NCBI GenBank assembly: GCA_030324005.1
Contig: JARDVH010000073.1
Coordinates: 94,957,878-95,021,877, forward strand
Source: Negaprion brevirostris
Taxonomy: Eukaryota
DNA: 64,000 nt
Direction of reading: 5' to 3'
In this document: piece by piece, positions 25,314 through 35,780 of the stretch
Layout of the letters: every line of letters begins with the position of its first letter
Position numbering within the stretch: the stretch's first letter is position 1
Position numbers and translations under genes: made by a program
The notes under the pieces: model-generated
The model's database searches: none
What the model was told of the DNA's origin: nothing
What the model saw: the letters and a program-made list of their open reading frames with translations, nothing else

Positions 25314-25628
25314 GCTCGCCAAAATTTTCAAAGATCAAGATAAAGCCAGAGAACCCTGTGTATGGCCGGCCTTTACTTCTGTCGACTTCAGTGTATGGAA
25401 TTCCCCATAACGATGTTACAGTTGAATGGTATAAAGCATCTGAGCGCATTAAAGATGTCAAAAATTCAAATCCTGAGCGTAGCAGAGAAAACACGTACAA
25501 ATTAGACAGTCACCTGGAGTTTATAGTGACTGCAGAAGACTTTGAAAGAGATTTATACTTTGTGTACAAAGACAATTCTAAAATGGATGTACCTGTATTC
25601 AAAAGACGTATTCAACTGCCACTTAAAG
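25314..25628 (+). CDS. Post-TM C1-like Ig exon 5 (cysteine-free)
   Basis: Acceptor tctctgtttatag|25314 and donor 25628|gtgagt, phase 1-1. GSPKFSKIKIKPENPVYGRPLLLSTSVYGIPHNDVTVEWYK..NTYKLDSHLEFIVTAEDF..QLPLK keeps the strand pattern and Trp of its neighbours but has no Cys. Confidence 0.8.
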
Positions 25629-27181
25629 GTGAGTGTATGTCATTCGTTTATCTGTATATATGTTTGGAAAAGCAGGTTTTGTTGATAATTCATATGAAAA
25701 TAAATATATAATTGAAGATGATCACCCTGTTTTGCTGAACAACAAAGGAATAGTTTTCATTATTCACCTCACGTACAGTTGCAAACGAACCTTTCGTGGG
25801 TTTCTCAGGAGAGTTTTCCCAGCTTCATCTAAATTGGCCCAATTTAAATTAAGCTGGGGCAATAACTGTCTGTGTAACTCTTTGGGTGCACTTCAGCAAC
25901 AATGAAGAATCTCACCATTAACTAAAAACAGGCTAATGGGAGAATTGCAGGGTAAATACACGGAGTTATGGCGATAGGGCCTGGGTAGGATTGTTGTCGG
26001 TGCAGGCTGGATGGGCTGAATGGTCTCCTTCTGCACTGTAGGGATTCTATGGAAAGTGCAAGCGATGCACCCAAACAACAGCCAAAACGTTCTAGCACTA
26101 CTGATACAACAATTGTGGATCGTGTTTGCCTTCCATTTTCCCACTAATAACAGAATAGCAACTCCTTCATCACCTTGACTCCCCCTCTGTGTAGGGATTC
26201 TTCCTGCAGCCACTGGTCTGTGGTGTGCTTTCATTGATGCCTCCCAGCTTTTGATCGCTGTCATAATCCTTGTCAGCCATCCTGATGTGAAACAGTACGC
26301 AGAATTTTAACAGTTTGCTAAAGTTAAAAGTTAAAGTTTATTTATTAATCACAAGTAAGGCTTACATTAACACTGCAATGACGNNNNNNNNNNNNNNNNN
26401 NNNNNNNNNNNNNNNNNNNNNNNNNNNNNNNNNNNNNNNNNNNNNNNNNNNNNNNNNNNNNNNNNNNNNNNNNNNNNNNNNNNAGGGCTTCTATGATTCT
26501 ATAATCTTAGATGGACTCTATTAGCATGGAATCTGAGACATCTGTGAACAGGTCTAGTAGCCTGCAGACTTCAACAAGATTGAAGGATCTTCACTGATGC
26601 GTGCAGATATCAAAGCTGGAAGTAAAAACAAAAATAAATATAATTCACATTAAAAGCATACAAGAAGCTCAAATAAACATATGGGATCAATGGAATTATG
26701 AAAAATGTACAAAACAGAAATGCTATATAAAAATATCATTAAATTTTCATATTTCTTCTGAAGCACTGAGACTCCACACTTGTCAAAATTAATTTATAGT
26801 GCAGTCACTATAAACTCCAGATGACTGTCTAAAGTTATGGTTAATCCTGATTGAGCAGGCCAACCTTTTCATTTATTTTTAAAATGAGAATAGTGGATAA
26901 ATTAACTCAAGGTTTAAGCTGTGATAGTGATTTCTGTGCAGATTTCTGTGCAGATTCCATTGGCGAAGCCAAAGGTGGGGCAGGATATCACAGATAATAT
27001 TTCATGGTGCAAGTGAATTTTTATTATTTTATACCACTCTTCGGAATTTAAAATAAATGTTCATCTTGAATAGTTACGGAGAAAGCTTTTTAAATCCTTA
27101 AAACCATAAAAATAAATGTATTTTTAGGGAGTCTGATTGCAGTTGATATTTTGTTACATTTTGTTTCTGCATTTTTCACAG

Positions 27182-27489
27182 CTGTGACTCCCAAAGTGTC
27201 AGAAATCAAGTGTCACCCTGCTCATCCCACAAATGGTGAAAATGTAACTCTTACTTGCATGGTTGAACATTTTTGCCCAGTGGACATACATATTCTTTGG
27301 AGCAAGGGATGGACGGAATACAGGGATAAGCAAAGTGTCGAAACACCCAGAATTGACAGCGAGGGACTTTATTCCACAGTTACGAAGTTGTCTGTCACCG
27401 CAAATGAAGGTACAGCAGAATACAGCTGTGAAGTTCGGCATGCGAAAACCAATGATATTATAGAGAAGATGTTCACTCTGTGTGTTTAG
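27182..27489 (+). CDS. Post-TM C1-type Ig exon 6, last coding exon (stop TAG 27487-27489)
   Basis: Acceptor atttttcacag|27182. AVTPKVSEIKCHP..VTLTCMVEHFCPVDIHILW..EGLYSTVTKLSV..YSCEVRH..MFTLCV*. The stop is immediately followed by donor gtatga. Confidence 0.88.
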
Positions 27490-27749
27490 GTATGATCGGC
27501 AATTTCTGTGCAGCTTGATAATTTACTTTTAATACTAGCCATTTTTGAACAANNNNNNNNNNATTAAACATGATAGATCCAACTTGAGGAGGTGAAGACC
27601 TGAAATAAAAACAGAAAATGCTGGAAAAGCCCAGCAGGTCTAGTAGTACTGATAGAGAGTGAAACAGTTCACTTTTTGAGTCGGTGTGACTCTTCAGCGA
27701 TGGAGAGCAAATAATGATTCTGTACCTTGGAAGCTTATTGAAGCACTAC

Positions 27750-28430
27750 TAGAGTCATAGAGGTTTGCAGCATAAGAACAGACCCTTCAGTCCAACTTGT
27801 CCAAGCTGCCCTTTTTTTTCAAACCCCTAAGCTAGTCCCAATTGCCCACATTTGGCCCATATCCCTCTACACCCATTTTACCCATGTAACTGTCTAAATG
27901 CTTTTTAAAAGATAAAATTGTNNNNNNNNNNNNNNNNNNNNNNNNNNNNNNNNNNNNNNNNNNNNNNNNNNNNNNNNNNNNNNNNNNNNNNNNNNNNNNN
28001 NNNNNNNNNNNNNNNNNNNNNCCCGCCATTCAATAAGATCATGGCTGATCTGTCGTGGCTCAGTTCCACACTCCCGCCCTCTCCCCATAACCCTTAAACC
28101 CCTCGCTTATCAAAAACCCATCAACAACTTCCTTACCACCACATGGGGTTCACTGGGTTCTAGTTTGCTGTCTACCTCCCTTTTTGAACAGCAGGCTTAC
28201 TCTCCCTAACCTCCAATCTGTGGGAACCATTCTGCTTTTTCCAGGGCCATTCCTGAAGTCCTCTGGGATGAAGATTCTCAGGACCTGGGGATTTATCCAC
28301 CTTCGATCCCATTAATTTCCCCAAACCCATTTCTCTACTAATAACTTCCTTCAGCTCCTCACTGAAACCTGTGTTTCTCAGGACTTCTGGTACATAATTC
28401 ATGTCTTCCTTTGTGATGACTGAAGTATGA
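27750..28430 (-). mobile_element. CR1 LINE fragments
   Basis: KLMGSKVDKSPGPENLHPRGL (CR1 ORF2 linker) plus CR1 3' tails, either side of an N gap. Confidence 0.75.
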
Positions 28431-28994
28431 ATTTAGTTGATAACCTATGTGTCACTGACCACCCTGTCGGACCAGTGGTGACCTTACCTGGCCAGTGATG
28501 ATGCCATTGGCCAGACCCTACCCTTCGACCCAGTGATGACCCCTGTGGGCCTGGATGAGCCTTCACCACCAATGGCCATTTTGGCCTCACCGGTTGCCTC
28601 ACTCAATCCACGCATGGAATGACCTCATGTTTCTCGTTGCTTTGCTGGGAATATCCAACCCCTGGATATGGCAAATTGCTTTCCAGTCACTGATGTAATG
28701 TATAAACATGGCGGCCAATATGCATACAGCAAGATCCCACACACACACACCAATTTTATAATGACTAGACCATCTGTTTCTGTGGTGTTGGTTGAGGGAT
28801 AAGTATTGGCCCTAAGGGGAGAATTGTTCAGTTCATTGACATGATGCCAGAGGTTAGACAGGGCCTTTGGTTTAATGCCCAGGGATCTTACTTTAAGAGG
28901 TGTTTCAATGACCTTGTCCAGATGTGTTGCCCATTTTGGATAGTTGTGTCTTAATGTTTCTGTATTCTGAGGTCCACTCACCTAGAGACTTCAC

Positions 28995-30397
28995 TTATAG
29001 AGGTTTACAGCATGGAAACAGGCCCTTCGGCCAACGTGACCATGCTGCTATGTTTTTACCACTAAGATGATCCCAGTCACCCGGGATTGGCTCATATCCC
29101 TCTATACCTATCATACCCACGTAACTGTCTAAATGCTTTTTAAAAGATAAAATTGTACCTGCCTCTACTACTACCTCTGGCAGCTTGTTCCAGACACTCA
29201 CCCTTTGTGTGAAAAAATTGTCCCTCTAGACACTTTTGTATCTCTCTGCTCTCACCTTAAACCTATGCTCTCTGGTTTTAGATTTCCCTACCTTTGGGAA
29301 AAGATATTGACTATTAGGCTGATCTGTGCCCTTCATTTTTTTATAACATCTATATCACCCCTCAGCCTTCTGCGCTCCAGAGAAAAAAGTCCCAGTCTAT
29401 CCGGCCTCCTTATAACTCAAACCATCAAGTTCCGGGAGCATCCTAGTAAATTTTTTCTACACTCTTGCTAGTTTAATAATATCCTTTCTATAATAGGGTG
29501 ACCAGAATTGTGCACAGTATTCCAAGTATGGCCTTACCAATATCTTGTACAACTTCAACAAGATGTCCCAACTCATGTATTCAGTGTTCTGACTGATGAA
29601 ACCAAGCATACTGTATACCTTCTTCACCACTCTGTCCACCTGTGACTCCACTTTCAAGGAGCTATGAACATTGTTCTGTAACTCTCCCCTATGTCCTACC
29701 ATTAACTGAGTTCGTCCTGCCCTGGTTCAATCTAGCAAAATGCACACCCCGCATTTATCTAAGTTAAACTCCATCTGCCGTTCGTTAGCCCATTGGCCCA
29801 ATTGATCAAGATCATGTTGCAATCGGAAATAACTTTCTTCACTGTCCACTATGCAACCAATCTTGGTATCATCTGCAAACTTACTAACCATGCCTAGTAT
29901 ATTCTCATCCAAATCATTAATATGAATGACAAATAACAGTGGACTCACCACTGATCGCTGAGGCGCAGAGCTGGTCACAGGCTGCCAGTCTGAAAAACAA
30001 CCCTGTACAATCACCCTCTGGCTTCTATCAAGAAACTAATTTTGTACCCATTTAGAAAACTCACTCTGGATCCCGTGAGATTTAACCTTATGCAACAAGC
30101 TACCATGCAGTACCTTGTCAAAGGCCTGGCTAAAGTCCATGTAGATAACATCAACTACACTGCCCTCATCTACCTTCTTGGATACCCCTTCAACAAACTC
30201 AATCAAATTTGAGAGACATGATTTTCCACCACAAAGCCATGCTGACTGTCCCTGACCAATCTTTGCTTCTCTAAATACCTGTAGATCCTTTCCCCCAAAA
30301 TACCTTCCAACAATTTACCCACCACAGACGTGAGGCTCACTGGCTTATTGTTCCCAGGCTTTCCTCCGCATCCCTTTTTAAACAAAGGCACAACATG
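28995..30397 (-). mobile_element. CR1 LINE, ~1.4 kb RT-to-3' end fragment
   Basis: PLFKKG..PVSLTSVVGKLLE; INDLDENILGMVSKFADDTKIG; LYKILVRPYLEYCAQFWSP; WNKLPEVVVEAGTILSFKKHLD. Confidence 0.9.
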
Positions 30398-31528
30398 GCA
30401 CTAGTTCAAAAGCATTAAAAGATTTTGTCACTGTGGTCTCATCCAATTTAAAAGTCTCCTCTATTACAAAATGTAATATAATTAACAGATACAACAGCTT
30501 TTAGGTCTGTGTAATTGTTCACTATTAACATTAATGACCTGGGGGTGGGGTGGGTGGGAGGTAAAGATGTCCAAATTTGCCGATGATACAGAGAGGGTAA
30601 AAGGAATGTTACAAGGATATTGTGAATCTGCAACGGGATATATATAGATGGGTAACTGGGTGGAAACCTGGCAAATGGAGTCTAATGTGGGGAAATGTGA
30701 GCTCATGCACTTCACTAGGAAGAATCAAAAAGCACATTATTATCTAAATGGATTCTGTAAATGTCATGATGCAAGTTATGAGATTTAATTCAACAAATCT
30801 AATCATTTAAGTCTCGCACCAAAAGAAACACCACCATAGAAGCTGCCACATTATCAGGGAATCAGCCTTGCCTCCATGTGACTGCATTTCCACATTAGGT
30901 GACTCATACTAACAGTTTCAGGTCTCAGAAGATCTTTGGTCTCTCTAATCACTTAGTATTCCCTTGATGCATTTAGTACTTTCTGAAGTGGCCTGGCAAA
31001 TTGATGAAAATAAGAATTAGTATTAAATGTGGTCTCGCGAGCCAGAGGTCGCCATCATGTCTAGCTGCTTCTCCAACACTGGCAGCCTCCCAGTATTAGA
31101 GCTGAGGGATCTATTTGGAAATTGGCCATAATGTAGAGTATTGCAATACTAATGGACCATTCTAGATGGTCATTGTCATGAATTATGATGTGAGGTAGCC
31201 AAGCTATTTTATTCCAATTTATGGTAAAGAGGATCCGAACTGAATTGATCAGAAAACCACTTTGAAAATTCTCTTGAACACTAAGGAGTTGTTGATAACC
31301 TGAATGATCTTTTCTTTTTGAATAATGTTTCCTAAAAATCATTTTATTAACAGCCCAATAAGTTTACTTTCTGAAATTAAATAATTAATTTCTATCATAC
31401 GTTGGGAAGTAGGTTATTTAATAGTGGAAGAAGTTGCGTTTTATAATTTTACAATTTAACTCAGAGTATGAGGAAACTTTATCTTTTCTATTTTGCAATT
31501 GACATTTTCTGTTTTACTATCTGCCCAG

Positions 31529-31815
31529 ATTGAATGTGCTTGGCGTTGTTCCAAAGTTTCTTAACATTGAAATTTTAAACAACAATGATCCCAATGCCTG
31601 TCATGTCTTGTGCCAAGGTGTTAAAGTTGCATGTTCACAAACATGTAAACTATGTAATTATATTTTATGATGTTTTTACAAAATGTATTAAATATAGTGA
31701 ATAAATGTAAATTGATAAAAGATGTACAGACTAATGTTTTGGTGCTTTTTCTATGGAAATTTCATGTACAGTGTTCTGATTTAAGGAAAATAAAGATGTC
31801 TCAAACAGCAACTCG
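31529..31815 (+). other. Probable non-coding terminal (3' UTR) exon of the B7-H6-like gene
   Basis: Polypyrimidine tract plus ctgcccag|31529 in non-repetitive AT-rich sequence, with several TGTA motifs. AATAAA at 31700 and 31789, and GT/T-rich sequence after ~31812. It supplies the acceptor required by the donor at 27490. Confidence 0.55.
31789..31794 (+). terminator. Polyadenylation signal AATAAA
   Basis: Canonical hexamer with upstream TGTA and downstream gtgattttgtagttgt. An alternative signal lies at 31700-31705. Confidence 0.5.
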
Positions 31816-33105
31816 TGATTTTGTAGTTGTCATTTAATGTAGTTTTTAAGAATTTGAGAACTGAAAATACAGGGTTAAAATGTATAGATTTAGAGATTAG
31901 TGTTAATTATAATACAGGGCACAGTATGATTCTGCCTTGTCACCTACAATTGACAATGTAACTCCTTCCACAGTTAAATTATTTTATTGTATTTGTTCCT
32001 GATTCTAGAAGGTAGTCAAACATACATTGCAAGTGAAACTTTAGCAGCAGTTTTATTTGCATTGCTGTTTCAGTAACTGATCTTCAGGGTCAGATTGTGG
32101 AGAATTCAAACTTTAAACCTTCTGAAATGAACTTTAGCATTTCAATCAATGAAGACTGTTGTAACAGGTTTGGGGACTTTACAGTTTGTGCATCAGTAAA
32201 ATCAGTGGTATAACCCAGGAGCCCGGTCACTCTTAAACAGGTGAAAGGCAACAAAAGTGAAGCTACATAAAACTAATAGTTTGAGAGCGCTTTAGTTTCA
32301 CAGACTATTATCCAATTGTATTTGGATTTGAATATAAACAACTCGCAGTGCAGTTCAAATAGTTCTATTTGCTTTATGTGATCAAAGAGCTAAGTCTACA
32401 AAATGCCGTTCCTTATCATCAAACCAGCAAGCTGCATGTTTGAAAATCTGCTGTTCTCAAGCTGGCACAGTTAGTTGACCTGGATATTTCCATTATATCA
32501 GTTTGCAAGAAGCTATAAGCTGCAAGATTCCACAGACTGGTTTTATTCACATCTTAAATGCTGATCTTTGTTCTCTCTGGCTCTTCTAAAAAAAACAAAT
32601 ACATGCAAGTTTGATCTGGAGGAGGGAACCGAGTGTATGGTGTCGAAATTTGCTGATGACACCAAGATTGGTGGAATGGCAAATTGCGNNNNNNNNNNNN
32701 NNNNNNNNNNNNNNNNNNNNNNNNNNNNNNNNNNNNNNNNNNNNNNNNNNNNNNNNNNNNNNNNNNNNNNNNNNNNNNNNNNNNNNNNNNNNNNNNNNNN
32801 NNNNNNNNNNNNNNNNNNNNNNNNNNNNNNNNNNNNNNNNNNNNNNNNNNNNNNNNNNNNNNNNNNNNNNNNNNNNNNNNNNNNNNNNNNNNNNNNNNNN
32901 NNNNNNNNNNNNNNNNNNNNNNNNNNNNNNNNNNNNNNNNNNNNNNNNNNNNNNNNNNNNNNNNNNNNNNNNNNNNNNNNNNNNNNNNNNNNNNNNNNNN
33001 NNNNNNNNNNNNNNNNNNNNNNNNNNNNNNNNNNNNNNNNNNNNNNNNNNNNNNNNNNNNNNNNNNNNNNNNNNNNNNNNNNNNNNNNNNNNNNNNNNNN
33101 NNNNN

Positions 33106-33662
33106 CCTCATCCACCCCCGCACCCCGCCCCCCCCCCCCCCCGCCCAACCCCGATTGTTGCCCACCCTCCCTCTGCCACTACTGAGTGCAGTGTGGCAGC
33201 AGGACATCCCATGCCCTTGGCACTGGTGCCTGATGCCCATTGGAAGTGCCAAGACACCCTTTGAGTTTTGGCACTTTGCCGCTTGGGCAATGATGGGGCG
33301 CCAGGCTAGCATTGCCATGTTGGCAGTGCCCAGGGGGCACCCCCTGACTTCTGGAAGGCCCCACCCCATTCATTCCAATGGGGTCGGGCCGCCTTTTCCC
33401 TGCTAATGGGGACCTATTGTCAACCCTGCTGGAGTGAAATGCTCCTGTCCAGGATGGGGGGTGGGGGAGTGGAGGCTAGCGGGCCCGGAGACTTCTGTCC
33501 GGTGCCCACTAATGACATTCAAATACCCACTTATGTAATTTAGGCGCCCGAAATCCGACTGCCGCAGACTCGCGGAGGCTGCGGCGCCCAGCGGGATGCC
33601 CACTACATAGTTTCCACTTGTGTCTCCCTAAAGCAGTGCAACAGGCTGGGAGAATCGCCCCC
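33106..33662. mobile_element. Third copy of the GC-rich shark repeat
   Basis: Shared internal blocks and a gggagaatcgccc terminus. Confidence 0.6.
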
Positions 33663-33974
33663 TTCACCTCGCCCAGTCTCCGCCCCATGTTAAATGCAAA
33701 ACAGAAAAAAAATTGTATTCAAAGATGCCTGAAGTTTTACTAAATTGCATGACAATTTATTTTATATACTATAAATTATGCAAGAACTGAACTCATTATC
33801 TTCTGCACGTCCTCCTATTGAAAAAAAAGCACAAATGGAATCAATTCTCCACAGTTATTTAATGATTTTGATTCCGGTCGTAAATGTGAACATTTGAGAA
33901 GAAAAGTTTAGTACTTGAGATAAGTTTGAATTTGCTTGTGAGAGTTTACTACTCATTCTGATCCCAGTATTTTA

Positions 33975-35780
33975 ATACCCTATCCTAAGTCTAACTCTAA
34001 TGCACTAACCCTAACTGTTAAGCCCATGTCCTAACCATATCCTTAATTCCTTAACACTAATCCCAGCATTACCGCTTGCTCTAATTCCTATTAATGCAGT
34101 AAATAAATGAAATTTTAGATTTAACATTAGCGTAACAACAGTTTTGTTAAGTAGCTGCGAAAGGAAATTTACATATATTCAAACCTCATTTCGTTTCAAG
34201 GTTTTAAATTTTTACAGATACAAATAGTATGGATGCCATATAGACCCACTAGATGGCAGTTTTGTCTTTCTGAAAGGGAAGATTATTCAATGTCGCCAGA
34301 ATGCATAAACAACGCTTACAAATGGATGATAACACATTTAAAATTTAATGGTTTGAGTGTGGGACGTGAATTCTCCACTTATCACAGCAAATGGGAGGAA
34401 TCAGTTTTTCTAGGATTCTTGTAGCACCTTCCATCGGATCGTGTGCTGCTCACAGGGAAATTAATGGTGAAATACGGGGATTTGATTCCAAGCTAAAATA
34501 ACGGGTAAATCTATCATTTAGTTTGAAGCAGGTTTGAAGAAAAAAACAAGGGACTGACTGGAGTAGTTTTGAACCTATCAGAGATACCACCATGTTTGTG
34601 GTTACGAGTAGCTATCTCACAGTAGCATGAATACTAATAACTACCAGGGCAGATCAGGACCTGAGAATTCTGTGGCAAGTAACTCACCTGTTGACCCCCG
34701 AAAGCCAGTTCACCATTTACAAGATACAAGTCAGGAGTCATGACGAATTATTGCCCACTTGCTTAGGCGAGTACAGCTCCAACAAGCAATCGTGAGTAAA
34801 GCAGCCCGCTTGACTGACACCCCAACTACCACTTCAGGCATTCACTTGCTAGACCCCTAGCATACAATAGCAGCAATATGCACCATCTATAAAATGCACT
34901 GCAGTAACTCACCCAAGGCTCCTTCAATAGCACCTTCCAAATCAATGATCTCTACTGGATAGGACAAGGGTAGCAGATGCATGAGAATGCCACCACTTGT
35001 GAGATCCCCTCCAAGCCTACACACCAGACTGACTTGGAGCTTAAAAGCCAATTCTTTATTGTGAGCTGGTCAAAATTTTGGAACTGTCTTCCTATGGATG
35101 TAGCCATACGAGATTCAAAACAGCAATTCGAGAAAGTGGTTCACCCCCACCTTCTCAAAGATAAATGGGGATGAATGACAAATCCTGGCCGGCAATGCTC
35201 ACATCCCATGAAAGAATAATATAAACCTTAACCATAAACCAACAATAACCATAATACTGTGTCTCTAACCTCAACTCTAAGCCTAAAACCAAATATTGTT
35301 TTGGCTAGGTGGATTAGATTAGATCCAAAAACAATTAAAGTGAGAACTTATCAAAAACTTTAAGTGTTTGGGATAATGTAATTTAGCAGTATGGTCCTGA
35401 GATGGAGAAAGGACAGGACAGATTATCCCATCAGCAGAAACTTACATGCATATTTTGACTTGTCTAAGCATTTAGTAACGCCTTATCCGGAGATGGATAA
35501 TGGCAAACTAACCTGGACAAAAGGCAATAGAAAACATGAGAGAACCAAAAATGGCAGATTCCATAGATTATTAAAGTCAAATGGGAATTTATAAACAAGA
35601 CAATACAATCTCCTGTCCTAACCCCAACTATTATCCTAACACAATACAGCAAGCCCGACCCATAACCCTAGCCTTACTCTAACCTAACCCAACTTGGAAG
35701 TTTAATTCTCTGGGGTAGTCTTGAACCCTAACCTCCAATCATCAACCGTGAACCCCAAACACTAAAACTGAGCTCTGAAC
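33975..35780. repeat. Patches of degenerate (CCCTAA)-like hexamers
   Basis: taccctatcctaagtctaactctaa..ctaaccctaa (33975-34090), aaccttaaccataaacc (35223-35290) and ataaccctagccttactctaacctaaccc (35615-35780). Confidence 0.55.

Noticed and set aside
21700-27390. ITIM/ITAM-like tyrosine motifs (VLYELT, GLYINI, GLYSTV)
   Set aside because: These Tyr residues occupy the structural E-strand 'dGtY/F' position of C1 domains and do not match the ITIM consensus.
3965-27489. Rearranging Ig heavy-chain locus (IgW/IgNAR/IgM) or TCR
   Set aside because: The V exon is complete through the G strand and ends in a splice donor. No RSS, D or J segments or WGxG motif were seen, the TM lacks the antigen-receptor CART pattern, and the V/C1 sequences resemble B7-H6.
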